Shown: piece after piece, positions 49,989 to 60,832 of the stretch
How positions within the stretch are numbered: position 1 is the stretch's first letter
Layout: the number at the start of each line of letters is the position of its first letter
NCBI GenBank assembly: GCA_963729625.1
Contig: CAVSOU010000010.1
Span: forward strand, 1,152,001 to 1,216,000
Reading direction: 5' to 3'
DNA length: 64,000 nucleotides
Source of the DNA: an uncultured bacterium
Lineage (GTDB): Bacteria; Chloroflexota; UBA5177; JANWHV01
Position numbers and translations under genes: made by a program
Notes under the pieces: generated by a model
Database searches by the model: none
What the model saw: the letters and a program-made list of their open reading frames with translations, nothing else
Told to the model about the DNA's origin: nothing

Positions 49989-51101
49989 TCATGACTCGCC
50001 GCCCGGCCCCAGTGCAGCTTGCACCATCTCTCGATACTGCGGTAGAGCCGCGGCCACGCCGCGTAGCAGCCCGAAGCAGCCGCAGAGCATCATGTCGCCG
50101 TGGGGCACGGCCAGATACGGCCGCAGCGGCGATCCGGCCAGCAGCCTGCGGCGAGGCCCCGTCACGGCCAGAAGGTCGGGGACGGTGCGCGGCGGCGCGA
50201 GCGATAGGGCGCCGTGGCCGCGGTCGTCGAAGATCGTCTCTCCCTGGAGCGAGCCATCCGCCAGCGCCTGCACATAGCGCTCCAGCTTCGGGCGATCGAT
50301 TTCCCCGGTGTGGTGTTCGAAGAGGGCACGAATGCGCCCATCTTCCAGGTGGAACGCCAGGGTGTGGAAATTGCCGACATTTACCAGCAGCGTGCTGGAA
50401 GAGTCACGCACCCGGGGATCCTCCAACGCGCCGAGCACCGCGGCTGCACCGGTGTCCATCACGACTACCGGTACGTCGCCAGGCACGTCCGCGGTCAGCG
50501 CCACGAGACGCGTGAGCGAGGCAGGCAGGCGATCCGGCGTATAGGCGAACGAACGCAGATCGTCTCCGCGGCCAAGAGTTCCGCGAAGGAAATCGAAACG
50601 AAAACGCCGGTCGCTGTACCCAGGCGGGGCAGCGCCGTGGTCGAAAGCGGCGAGCGCATAGACGTCGAAGCGGGCGGACACGCCAAAGGCAGACAACGCC
50701 GTCGCAATAGCCCCGGGCATGAAGTCACCGAGTCTCACCCTGCAGGTGCCGGACATCCGATCCGCGTCCTCGTCAGCTACGACCTGCACGCCCATGCGAG
50801 CCACCGCCTCAAGATCGTCATCGAGCGTGCGCGCCGCGTCCGGTGTGGCGAAGACCGGTAACCCGGCCCGCAGGTGGGCATCCACGGCCCACGCGCACGG
50901 GCCACCGCCCATGGTCGCGCCCGTGAGCAATAGCGCCTCGCCGCGGGCAGTGGCAGCCTCAATGAGGCGGGCGACCAGCACGGTCGGCGACGGCATGACC
51001 AGCTTGATGGCGTTCTCAATCTCCTGGCCGGCCTCCAGAATCAGGATGTCCTGCGTGCCTGTTCCGATGTCTATTGCCAGGATCCGCGTCGGATCGCCCA
51101 C
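49989..51101 (-). CDS. DUF1786 family protein
   Basis: DIGTGTQD, KLVMPSPT, TMGGGP, DHG..SDR..RF, GNFHT, FEHHT, PHGDMML.GC. Confidence 0.8.
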   Translation of the reverse strand: MGDPTRILAIDIGTGTQDILILEAGQEIENAIKLVMPSPTVLVARLIEAATARGEALLLTGATMGGGPCAWAVDAHLRAGLPVFATPDAARTLDDDLEAVARMGVQVVADEDADRMSGTCRVRLGDFMPGAIATALSAFGVSARFDVYALAAFDHGAAPPGYSDRRFRFDFLRGTLGRGDDLRSFAYTPDRLPASLTRLVALTADVPGDVPVVVMDTGAAAVLGALEDPRVRDSSSTLLVNVGNFHTLAFHLEDGRIRALFEHHTGEIDRPKLERYVQALADGSLQGETIFDDRGHGALSLAPPRTVPDLLAVTGPRRRLLAGSPLRPYLAVPHGDMMLCGCFGLLRGVAAALPQYREMVQAALGPGGES

Positions 51102-51319
51102 GTGTCTGCTCCTTGCATCCAGTGTAGCGGGTGCGTGCTGACGGACATGCCCGTGCAGTGCCGGGCACGTGTCGGCAACAAGTGGTCGACGATGTCCAGC
51201 CGACCGCTGTCAACAGTCGCTCGTGCCGGCCGGTCGTGTTGGTTGCGGGCGGCGGACAACCTGGCCGTGGCTTTCCCGCCCGAACGCTTGCGCCACAGCT
51301 TGGCGATGCGGGTCTTGCG

Positions 51320-52294
51320 CTAACTGGCGGTAAAAGTGCCCGTCGCCGACTTCCCCTTGCTGACCACCGTCATGGTCACCTGGCCGTCTATTCCTTTGGG
51401 AATGCTCCACATGTAGATGAGGTGGCCGTCGGCTCCAGCCTTTTGCTGCTTAACGTCCTGCGTGCCGTTTGGATAGTCGATCACGATGGCAACCAGAGCG
51501 TTCTTCGATGCGACGATCTGCGCCACCTGCTGGCTGCCGGCGCTGACCGTGGCAGTAAGGAACTTAAGGCCGAGCGCACCGCTGCTCGGTGTGGCCGGCA
51601 CGGCTGTGGCCATTCCGGGTCCGGTAGCCGGCCCGAAGACCTGTACTTCGCCTAGGTAGGCAACAGTCGAATTGGTCTGGGTGCTCAATATACGGATCAT
51701 CACGTAACGTGCATCCACTGGAGGGAACTTGGCTGCCTGCCCCGTTCCGAGCTGCGGCGCCAGAAGATACTTCCCCACCGGCGTAAACGTCGACTTGAGC
51801 GCCGGGTAATCCGCAGGCTTCAACAATGGTTGGGCGCTGGTGGATACCAGGACCTCATACTGGCTAACCGTGAAGGCTTCACTGTAGTTAGATTGCCACA
51901 GCACCACGCTATCGATGGTCATCTGGCTTGTCTTGGCGAAGGTAAAGATCAGGTCGATTGGAGTTGCCGGCGACAAATTGTTGCCTCCCCAGTCGCAGCC
52001 CCCGTCACAGTCCGTGCTTGCTGTGGAGGCATGGCCATCGATGAGCTTCATGGCTCCATATTGCAGGCTGCCTGTCGGCGCCCACCCGGGCTGACCCGCG
52101 GGAAGACTGGCGAAAGACATGTCGCTGGTGGCAAATGCTGCATTGCCCCCGTTGGTGCGCGCGACGAGATCCGTATTGAGTTTGGTAACAAGAGTGCTCC
52201 CCGCAGCACGGGTTGTTCCGGCTATGGGGATGAGCAACGCGGCCGCTACACATGCCGCCGCAAGTCGAGCCAGCGTCGTCTTCACTGTGTTCAT
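51320..52294 (-). CDS. Secreted protein with discoidin/F5-8 type C-like domain and small C-terminal beta domain
   Basis: Signal peptide, LIDG, YEVLVS, ARYVMIRI, LGEVQVFG. Confidence 0.7.
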   Translation of the reverse strand: MNTVKTTLARLAAACVAAALLIPIAGTTRAAGSTLVTKLNTDLVARTNGGNAAFATSDMSFASLPAGQPGWAPTGSLQYGAMKLIDGHASTASTDCDGGCDWGGNNLSPATPIDLIFTFAKTSQMTIDSVVLWQSNYSEAFTVSQYEVLVSTSAQPLLKPADYPALKSTFTPVGKYLLAPQLGTGQAAKFPPVDARYVMIRILSTQTNSTVAYLGEVQVFGPATGPGMATAVPATPSSGALGLKFLTATVSAGSQQVAQIVASKNALVAIVIDYPNGTQDVKQQKAGADGHLIYMWSIPKGIDGQVTMTVVSKGKSATGTFTAS

Positions 52295-52711
52295 GGTTAC
52301 CCTTCTTCGTCACACACTGAACAAGCTGCCTATCAGCCAACCGGTGCACGCGCGCAGGCACGTGTCGAAAATCGGACGTCGGACAATCCTGTACTGTTGT
52401 CTATGTCCGCGTTGCGCCACTCTGTCCTATGTGCACGAGATACGCATCCCGGCTGTCTTCTGCACCTCCTTCCGGCGCAGGAACGCGCTCTACTCAGGAC
52501 TCTCGTGGTCGACCTCTTTGGCTGTATCTTTACGGCAAGCGGTCTGAAGTCATGTCTTCATCGACCCAATACGATGCAGTTGGCCAGCCTAGGCCCAAAT
52601 AGACCCCGTGCGCACGCCATGTCCTGCCATGCCTGACGACGGCACGCCGCGCATCCACAAGCAGCGCGGTGCCCGCACGCAGCACATGTCTCGCCGTCAG
52701 CGCTACTGTTC

Positions 52712-53476
52712 TCACTGCCCGACAAGTGGGGCAAGGTGCGGTAGTCGGATCAGGGTCATCGACGCATGCCACGTGTAGTCGCCGCTGCCCTTGAAGCCGA
52801 GACACCCATAGCAGTCGTCTGTGCTCGTCACGGGTACAGGAATCCGCCCACTGGCCTGCACGGTGACCTGGTCTTGCTTTTCCAGATCTGCCACCATCTC
52901 GACCTTCTTGAACCACGTGTCGGGCGCAGCGAAACCCTCGGGGGAGCACTTCTGACCGGTACTGCGCTCAGAAAGATCGGGCCAGATGATGGTGATGGCC
53001 TCGTTGATCAGATTCGGGTGTCTCGGGTTCGACGGTGCTTCATCGAACCCGACCTCCTCATACGAGGATCCGCTGAGCAGAGTGCCGGCATCACGACAGG
53101 AAGCCGGTGGATGCTGTTCGGTCTTCGTGACCGAGTAGATGGTGTACGTAGCCTTGACCGGAATACGTGGCAACTCGACAATGTAACCGCGGATCGGCAT
53201 CGGAACAATCGTGAGCACCGGCCTGCGAAACGCTGAAGCCCGCATGTTCTCAGTCCAGCTCGCTCCCCCCTCGGCGGTCTCCCAACCTGAGTTGTTGGAT
53301 TGGTTGGTCACAGACCAGCCCCAGGTCTCGTGCGCCCCGGCACTGAAGCCGCTGACCTCAAAACCAACCCCCTCCAAGCCGGTCGACGCCGGCGTAGCTG
53401 ACACCGGCACCGCGCCCCCCAGAAGCAGCACAACTCCCAGCCCCACCGCAGGCAACCCGCCAACCTTCGTCTTCAT
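52712..53476 (-). CDS. Secreted hypothetical protein
   Basis: Signal-peptide-like N-terminus (MKTKVGGLPAVGLGVVLLLGGAVPVSA); several Cys. Confidence 0.6.
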   Translation of the reverse strand: MKTKVGGLPAVGLGVVLLLGGAVPVSATPASTGLEGVGFEVSGFSAGAHETWGWSVTNQSNNSGWETAEGGASWTENMRASAFRRPVLTIVPMPIRGYIVELPRIPVKATYTIYSVTKTEQHPPASCRDAGTLLSGSSYEEVGFDEAPSNPRHPNLINEAITIIWPDLSERSTGQKCSPEGFAAPDTWFKKVEMVADLEKQDQVTVQASGRIPVPVTSTDDCYGCLGFKGSGDYTWHASMTLIRLPHLAPLVGQ

Positions 53477-54436
53477 CACTGCTCTCTTCCTCGTAGTCCA
53501 GTGACCACAATGCGTGTCGCTGATTGAAGCTTCCGGCGAACGATGCCGCACACTCGGCCAGCCGATGTCGCCGTGGGCGCCGGAGATCCGGCGACGCCGT
53601 CATCCCCGTAGTGCTATTCTTCATGGCCACTTCGGTGACCGCCGCATTGGCCTGGCTGTCGCTTGAAGCGCAGTCCCTGCCGAAGCCAGCCTGGTCATTG
53701 TTGCCGCCAATCTCCTTTCGCGCTACGCAGGGCCGTACCAGAGGCCGCTGCGTGTGGCGAAGTGATTCACTCGCATGTAACGCGCATGCACATCGCGCAA
53801 ATCCCGGCATCCGAAGGTCCCTGGTCCGCCCCAGGCAGCAGGAAACCGGCACGCGACACTTGTCGTGGCCGGTTTCACCAGTGGCTCGCTGCAGTCGGGG
53901 TGACCAAGCGAAGGTAGGCGTCAAGAGGAGCTAACGCTCGCTACATCGTCAGCACCGGATAGCGTCGAACCCTCTCAAAGACTACAGATCATAGCATCCA
54001 CCACAACCTCCATCGTACACCCGTGAGTCAAGCGCTGTTTCCGTCAGGACGCCTCGTGCACAGGTTTTCTGTGCATGAGGCGGTCTGGGTGGAGGTCTGT
54101 CGGCTCCAGCAGGAGCCACAGTGCGCGGCGGTCTTTAGCGCATGTGGAAGGTCTGCACTGTCGTCTGGAGCATGGGGATAAGGCTATCCTGTGCAGCAGC
54201 ATTACCAATGCGTGCCGATGTTCACCCGCCGGAAGGCAATGTCCGGGTCGGGGCATCGCGCGCCGCGGGCGCAGTCGACGCACCGGCCGGTACAGCCAGG
54301 CTGATGCTCCGCATTGAGCCGGTCCGTCTGCTGCACCAGCAACCCCCGCACGTACTGTTCACTACGTCGCTTCGCTTCCTTGCGCCCGAAGAGCGGCGCA
54401 GCAGTATCCGGCGGCGTGCTTGCTCGGGCCTGCACA

Positions 54437-54972
54437 TTAGAGATGTGCCTGGACCAGCGCATCCTGCAGAGATCCGATGTACGACTCGCTTGTATACGTT
54501 GCGCCGGAGACGCCATTGATGTTGGCGCTCTGCGCCTGCAAGGTCTCGCTGCGCAGCATGGGGACGGCCTGCGAGTTAATGTACGCCGATCGCCCATTGT
54601 CCTGCGGTGCGGTGATGATCACATCCGTGATCCGGTTCCCCGTGACCACCAGTGTTGCTTGCACGGTGCCGAATCGGTTTTGCACCGCGGTGCCTGTGTA
54701 CGACCGAGAGGTGCCGGCCGCGGAGCCGGCAGTCTGAGGCGCGGCTGCCCCGCCAGAGCCGGAGGCCCCGTTTGGCGCTGAACTGCCCGGTGCTGGCGCG
54801 CTTACCGCAGCCCCGGCCGACTGGCCGGAGATTGCCGCGGACCGAGAGCCACCAGCCTCGCCGGCGGCGACGCGTGTGCCAGGATGTCTGCCGCGGTGAC
54901 GGCCGGGATCGCTGTGGCAAACGCGACCATCATGGCAGGAATGAGCCGTGCCGCTTTGCTTCTTGCTTTCAT
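54437..54972 (-). pseudogene. FMN-binding (flavinylation target) protein, frameshifted after its signal peptide
   Basis: C-terminal domain YTGT..NRFGTVQ..INGVSGATYTS. The signal peptide MKARSKAARLIPAMMVAFA lies in another frame. Confidence 0.78.
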
Positions 54973-54999
54973 GCTCGTGCCTTCTGTGGCTGCATCGCG

Positions 55000-56469
55000 C
55001 TAGAACGCGAATTCGTCGACGTGGATCAGCGGTGCCGGCACGCCGAGCTTGCGCAGGGCGCGCGTAAGTGACCGGACCATACTGGTCGGGCCACACAGAT
55101 AGACGTCCCGTGTGGCGATATCGGGAACCAGGCTGCGCAGATGATCGCGGGACAGGAGATGTGCGTTGCCTGGGGTGCGGCGGTCGCCGAGGACGTACTG
55201 GACCCGCATACCCCGTTCGCGAGCGAGGCGCTCAAGCTCGTCTCGGAACACGATCTCCCCCGCGTGCCCGGCACGGTAGACCAGGACGATATCCCCCTGC
55301 ATGTCGTCCAGCAGCGCGCGGATGGGTGTGATGCCCACACCGCCAGCGATGAGAGCCACTCGCTCTTTGCGTCCGGGCCTCCTCTGTGAAAGAGCCAAAT
55401 GGGCCTTCCGCCATCACGAATGTGCCAGGCTTCACGCTGGCCAGGCCTCGACTGAAATCTCCCAGATCCTTGATCGTGATGCGGAACGACGAACCGTCCG
55501 GAGCAGCCGAAAGCGAGAACGGGTGTGACTCCCGCCAGCGCTCTCGGTCGAGGAACCGCCAGCTGGAACCACTGCCCAGGCCGCGCATTCAACCAGTCCA
55601 GGTGGCGCCCGCTGATGCGCAGCGATACTACTCCCGGCGCTTCCCGCCTCACTTCTGTTACCCGCATCCGGTGCCAGAGGAAGCCAACCAGCGGTTGGAG
55701 CACGCGAAAGAGCAGCACGAGCTGGAACGTCGCAACATAGAGCGCGGTCCAGAACGCGGCCGCCAGCGGACTGCCGAGAAAGTCGCCGCCGGTAGGCACC
55801 TGATGCGACCAAGCCAGGAAGATGCCGAGGTAGGCCATCAGATGGACGCCGTACCAGGTTTCGTAGCGGAGCCTGCGCCGCACGATTACGATCGACGAGA
55901 ATGCCACAAGAATCAGGAGCACCGTGCCCGCGAGGGCCTGCATCATGCCCGGATAGGCTGTCAGGAACGAATTCAGCTCGGCAAGGATGGAGATGCCGGG
56001 TCTGCTGTGCGTAGCCGACAGTGATGGTGGCTACGTGGGCCAGAATCAGCCCCAGGCTCACCTTGCCGTTCAGACGGTGACGTTTCATCAGCCTATCGAA
56101 GCCCACCGTCCATTCCAGGAATGGCAGCCGCGCCAGCAGGAGAATCTGCAGCAGGAGCAGGTAAGCACCAAACAGGCCCGTGAAGCGGCCCACGCTGACC
56201 AGGAGCGTGCCGGTGCTGTGTACACCGGATATGCCGCCATCTTTGAGCCACAGCGCGGCGAAGATGGCGGCGGCGCCATAGAACACGAGCCGCAGGCTCC
56301 AGGTCACGGCATCCTTGAGGTCACTGCCGGCGCGGCGGTCCGCCCGCGCTGCATGAGTTTCACGTCGGCTGGCCATCCGTGCCATCGGCTGGACGGGCTT
56401 CGCGCGGCGGCTCAGTCCCGGCATTCGCTGCAGCGGTCGAGCGACGCCGGCGGCAAGGTCGCTTTGCAT
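55000..56469 (-). pseudogene. Ferric reductase-like TM plus FAD/NAD-binding oxidoreductase with three +1 frameshifts
   Basis: Heme His residues (RHRLNG, LAHV, GVHL, WSHQ), HPFSLS, EGPFG, GGVGITP, CGP, EFAF. Frameshifts near 55999, 55565 and 55367. Confidence 0.85.
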
Positions 56470-56553
56470 CTGTCTGCTTTCCCTTCAATGTGCGAGGTGG
56501 CGACCGTTTCCGTCAGCCTGCGCACCTACAACTGTCACGGAGTTCATGCTTTG

Positions 56554-56610
56554 AGGATAAGGGGCGCAGGGTGACGGTTTCGTGATGGCTTTATGACAGG
56601 AACCTTACAG
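56554..56610 (-). promoter_or_regulatory. OmpR/PhoB-type direct-repeat array with -10 box
   Basis: CTGTAAG-N4-CTGTCAT-N4-CCATCAC-N4-CCGTCAC (11-bp period), then TATCCT 11 nt downstream. Confidence 0.6.
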
Positions 56611-56793
56611 GTAACTGAGCTTTTGCTAAGTCCGCTGGATCGAGCTGCGCGAGGGCTTGCGTTGCGCAGCCCGCATCCCGGGACCTTAGGCAGGGGGTAT
56701 CGGTGACCGTCGGCAGATGCCTCTCAGGCATGCACCGGCCTAGACTATCCGAAGAGCTCTAGGGCATGACGCGCGCGCGGAAGGAGGCACGCG

Positions 56794-57237
56794 ATGGCAA
56801 ACGACTTGATGTCCCCGCCTCGCACTGATGCGGTGCGGGACTTGCGCGATGTGCTGCTGGCCCAGCAGGCCATACTGCCGGCCGGAGTGAGCGGGCAGTC
56901 GGTCCCCGCGGGCGCCCTGCAAGTGGAATCCGCGGCGCGAGATATTCTGGCCCTTGTCCAGACCGAGATCGACACGCAGGTCGAGTGGCGGGTGCGGCAG
57001 GCGGTGGCGCGCCTCCGGGCAGAGGGCCTGAGCCCAACGCCCCAGCAGGACTCTCACCCCGCGCAGCGGACCATGGCGGCAGCAATAAGTATCCCCACGC
57101 TGATCTTCAGCATCCCGATCATCGCCATCGCTGGCGGTACCGGCGGCTTTCCAGGGCTGGCCCTGGCGCTGGTCGCGCTGGTCATGATCAACCTGGCGTG
57201 GGCCACCGGATGGACTCCGGGCCGGCATCGGCGCTAG
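56794..57237 (+). CDS. Hypothetical membrane protein
   Basis: AAGGAGG RBS; two C-terminal hydrophobic helices. Confidence 0.7.
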   Translation: MANDLMSPPRTDAVRDLRDVLLAQQAILPAGVSGQSVPAGALQVESAARDILALVQTEIDTQVEWRVRQAVARLRAEGLSPTPQQDSHPAQRTMAAAISIPTLIFSIPIIAIAGGTGGFPGLALALVALVMINLAWATGWTPGRHRR

Positions 57238-57294
57238 CTGGAGAACCGCGGCAGAATCTGGTACGACGGACGTGGGTCCGCGCCCGGCGCCTTC

Positions 57295-58854
57295 CTATCG
57301 CTGCGTCGCCGTGCGCAAGGGAATCTCCTTGAGGAACAGAGAGACAACCAGCGCAATCATCACTAGAGGCACACCGGTAAGAAACACATCATCGATCGCG
57401 TGGGAGAATGCCCCCAGCACGTGCGTCTTGAGCGGCTCGGCCAGGCGCTGGATCGCTTGCACATTATTGATGTCGATCGTGGGCGTCCTGCCGGACGCGC
57501 CCCGTCCCGCAGCCAGACCAGAGCTCATGTAATGTGACAGGCGGGTGGACAGCACCTCGCCGAAAAGAGCCGTCCCTATCGCCGCTCCCGTCTGGCGAAA
57601 GAAGGTCACGGAACTTGTCGCAACGCCCATATCGCGACGGTCCACCGAATTCTGGATGGCCACCATGATCGTCTGCATCGTGAAGCCCAGGCCCGCGCCC
57701 GTGATAAAGGCAATAACACCGATTTCCCAGTAGGCAGTGCCCTGCTGCACCTGCGCGAAGAGCGACATCCCGACAATCAGCACCGCTGCGCCAATGATCG
57801 GAAATATCCTGTACTTGCCGGTCCGACTGATAAGCCGTCCGGAAGTTATCGACATGCCGGCGATACCGAGCGACATGGGAATCATGGAGAGGCCTGACTG
57901 AGTCGGGGACATTCCCTTCACCGCCTGCAGATAGACCGGCAGGAAGATGACGGCGCCAAACATGGCCATCCCGCTGAGAAACGCATAGCCGTTCCCGACG
58001 CTGAAAATGGAGTTGGTGAACAACCGCATCGGAAGCACCGGCTCCGACGCACTCAGCTCGACGAACACGAAGGCAACCGTCAGGACCAGCGCTCCGGTCA
58101 AGAGCGCCAGGCTGCTGGGCGCGGTCCATCCATAGCTGCCGCCCGCCCAGTTCAGATACAGCAGCAGGCAGGTTACCGCAGCGATAATCGTCGCGGCGCC
58201 AAGGTAGTCGATGGCGTGCTGGCGTCGGATAACCGGCATCCGCAGCGCCGACGAGATGACCACGAAGGCGACGGCGCCGACGGGCAGATTGATGTAGAAG
58301 ATCCATCTCCATCCCGGACCATCGGTGAGCCCACCGCCGATCAGCGGCCCGAGCACGCTCGACGTGCCCCACACTGCGCCAAAGTAGCCCTGGTAGCGAC
58401 CACGCTCACGCGGCGGAATCACGTCCCCGATGATCGCCAGCGCGATAGACATGAGCCCGCCACCGCCGACGCCCTGCAAAGCACGGAACGCGATAAGCTC
58501 TCCCATGTTCTGGCTCAGGCCCGACAGCGCCGATCCAACCAGAAAGACCGAGACCGCAAGCTGGAAGATCAACCGGCGACCGTACAGATCGGAAATCTTG
58601 CCCCAGAGAGGCGTGACCGCCGTTGACGTCAGCAGATAGGCGGTGACCACCCATGAGAGCTTGTCCAGCCCGCCCAAGTCTGAGACGATGCGGGGTAGCG
58701 CAGTGCCCACAACACTCTGGTCGAGCGCTGCCAGGAACATGCCCGCCATGACGCCCCAGATGACGATGAGGATCTGACTGTGCGAAAGGTACTGCGGCAC
58801 CTCGTCGGCGCCAGATTGGGGACGCTCACCCGTTGTCGGCTGAGGCGCCTGCAT
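57295..58854 (-). CDS. MDR MFS efflux transporter (EmrB/QacA, DHA2)
   Basis: [31 protein letters not shown], ~14 TM segments. Confidence 0.93.
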   Translation of the reverse strand: MQAPQPTTGERPQSGADEVPQYLSHSQILIVIWGVMAGMFLAALDQSVVGTALPRIVSDLGGLDKLSWVVTAYLLTSTAVTPLWGKISDLYGRRLIFQLAVSVFLVGSALSGLSQNMGELIAFRALQGVGGGGLMSIALAIIGDVIPPRERGRYQGYFGAVWGTSSVLGPLIGGGLTDGPGWRWIFYINLPVGAVAFVVISSALRMPVIRRQHAIDYLGAATIIAAVTCLLLYLNWAGGSYGWTAPSSLALLTGALVLTVAFVFVELSASEPVLPMRLFTNSIFSVGNGYAFLSGMAMFGAVIFLPVYLQAVKGMSPTQSGLSMIPMSLGIAGMSITSGRLISRTGKYRIFPIIGAAVLIVGMSLFAQVQQGTAYWEIGVIAFITGAGLGFTMQTIMVAIQNSVDRRDMGVATSSVTFFRQTGAAIGTALFGEVLSTRLSHYMSSGLAAGRGASGRTPTIDINNVQAIQRLAEPLKTHVLGAFSHAIDDVFLTGVPLVMIALVVSLFLKEIPLRTATQR

Positions 58855-58953
58855 GCAATCCTCGTTTCTTCATCTACAAACGACCCACCTCTACAGATGA
58901 TCTACCTGGCGGCCTCGTATTCACGAAATCAGACCTGGCAACCCGTCGGTCCG

Positions 58954-59362
58954 CTATTTCAAGAGCGCGTAGTAATCAAAGCTGTCGGTACAGGCGGGAT
59001 TGAGCACATAGCGGTGGATCGCGCACCGCACCGCCGTCGTCTCAGGCAGATCGGCGAGCCAGACCGCCGCGGGGTCTGCAACGAGCAACTGTTGCACCTT
59101 CTTGTAAAGCACGGATCGCTTGGCAACGTCTACGGTAGCGTCAGCCTGTGCCAGCAGCGAATCAACCGTGGTGTTCTTGTAGTAACCACCGTTGCTGCCT
59201 GCCCCGGCAACCTGGCTGGAATTATACCGCGGCTAGAGCCAGTCTCATTGTCAGTTCCCGCGCGTACGAAGTCTTGACCGCGGCGGCAGAAAATGGCGTG
59301 CCGTCGTGGAACGTGAGTCCGTGCCGCAAATGAAACGTGTACACCCTGTGGTCGGGGCTATT
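58954..59362 (-). pseudogene. Remnant of an ABC peptide/nickel substrate-binding protein (family 5)
   Basis: YTFHLRHGLTFHDGTPFSAAAVKTSY joined out of frame to DWL*PRYNS..YKNTTVDSLL..KRSVLYKKVQQLL. Confidence 0.78.
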
Positions 59363-59403
59363 GCTTCACGCATCGCGCAGTATGCTCCATGAGGGCGCCT
59401 GCC

Positions 59404-59446
59404 TGTGACCCAAGTCACCGCTGGGCCGCAGGAAACTCCCTATACT
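59404..59446 (+). promoter_or_regulatory. Class II CRP/FNR-family promoter
   Basis: TGTGA-cccaag-TCACC at 59404-59419 and TATACT at 59441-59446, placing the site centre at about -41.5. Confidence 0.6.
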
Positions 59447-59565
59447 GATTCCGGTATGGTGTGACGATATCACGGATACTCGGGTGTCACCTGCGTCGAG
59501 ACCGGCGTCCGGCGCGGCCGGTGGCCGATATGACCCAGGATGCGCAGCCAGGAAAGGTTCCCAGC

Positions 59566-60738
59566 ATGCGTAACCGGCAGCTCCTTCTCACGACCCTGGC
59601 ATTCGCTATCTCGTTTTCTGTCTGGGGCCTGGTCTCCGGCCTCGGTCCGAAGTTCAAGGACGTCTATCATCTCAGCGATTTCCAGGCTGCCACGGCCGTG
59701 GCAGTGCCGGTCATACTTGGCGCGCTGATGCGCTTGCCCATGGGAATACTGGCGGATCGCTACGGCGGCCGCCTTGTGATGAGCTGCTTGATGGCCTTTG
59801 CCATCCTGCCCGCGGCCCTCATCGCCCTCGTCCATTCGTATACCGGCCTGTTGATCGGCGGCTTCTTCTTGGGCGTCGCAGGATCCAGCTTCGCCGTGGG
59901 CGTGAGCGCCACGACCAAATGGTTCCCGCCGGAGAAGCAGGGCCTGGCCCTGGGGCTGTTCGGCATGGGCACCGGTGGGCAGTCGATCGCCGTGTTCTTT
60001 GCCCCCCGCCTGGCGCGCGTTATGCCCTGGGAAGCGGTTTTCTGGATTTTCGGCCTGGCCAGCTTGACCTGGGCCGGAGTATTCTGGCTGACCGGCCGCG
60101 ACGCCTCAGCCGGGCGCGTGGTCCCGTTGTCGCACAGTCTGAAGCTTCTATTGCGAGAGAAGCTGTCGTGGGCGCTGGCGTTCTTCTACTTCATTACCTT
60201 TGGCGGCTTTGTGGCCATGGGCGTGTACTTGCCCACGCTTCTCAAGAATCGCTTCGCCCTCACCGCCGACGATGCGGGACTGCGCACGGCAGGCTTCGTG
60301 GTGGTTGCCGTCCTGCTGCGCCCCGTAGGTGGATGGCTGGCGGACCGCATCGGCGGCGCGCGCGTGCTAGCGGTAGTGTTCGTCCTGGTCGCGGTACTGG
60401 CCGCGCTGCTTATATCCTCGACGATGGTGATCTTCACTGCCGGTGCTCTGACCATTGCCGCCACGTTAGGTCTCGGAAGCGGGGCAGTGTTCCGCCTTGT
60501 TCCCGAGCGCTTCCCGTCGGAAGTGGGAACCGTGACCGGACTTGTCGGCGCTCTAGGTGGCCTCGGGGGCTTCTTCCCGCCCATTGTGCTGGGCGGCCTG
60601 AAGCAGGCCACGGGCAGCTATACCGGAGGCTTCCTGCTGCTCTCGCTGTTCGCGTGCAGCGCGCTGGCTCTGGATGTAGTAGTGTTCCTCCGAGCTCCTG
60701 CACAGCGCCCGATCGCGGCCTGCGCGATACCAGGCTAG
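59566..60738 (+). CDS. narK: NarK/NasA nitrate/nitrite MFS transporter
   Basis: RLPMG..ADRYGGR, GSSFAVG, WFP..QGLALG, FYFITFGGF, RPVGG, G.VGALGGLGGFF. Confidence 0.85.
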   Translation: MRNRQLLLTTLAFAISFSVWGLVSGLGPKFKDVYHLSDFQAATAVAVPVILGALMRLPMGILADRYGGRLVMSCLMAFAILPAALIALVHSYTGLLIGGFFLGVAGSSFAVGVSATTKWFPPEKQGLALGLFGMGTGGQSIAVFFAPRLARVMPWEAVFWIFGLASLTWAGVFWLTGRDASAGRVVPLSHSLKLLLREKLSWALAFFYFITFGGFVAMGVYLPTLLKNRFALTADDAGLRTAGFVVVAVLLRPVGGWLADRIGGARVLAVVFVLVAVLAALLISSTMVIFTAGALTIAATLGLGSGAVFRLVPERFPSEVGTVTGLVGALGGLGGFFPPIVLGGLKQATGSYTGGFLLLSLFACSALALDVVVFLRAPAQRPIAACAIPG

Positions 60739-60832
60739 CGGTCGTGCGCGGATGCCGACGCGAGTCGCGCCGGTCAGGTGGGCAGAGGAGCGTGCCCGCG
60801 AGACCCAGGTGGTTGGACGCCGCTGTCTCCCG

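Noticed and set aside
55000-56469. Programmed frameshifting in the ferric reductase
   Set aside because: Three separate shifts with no slippery heptamers; error or decay is more parsimonious.
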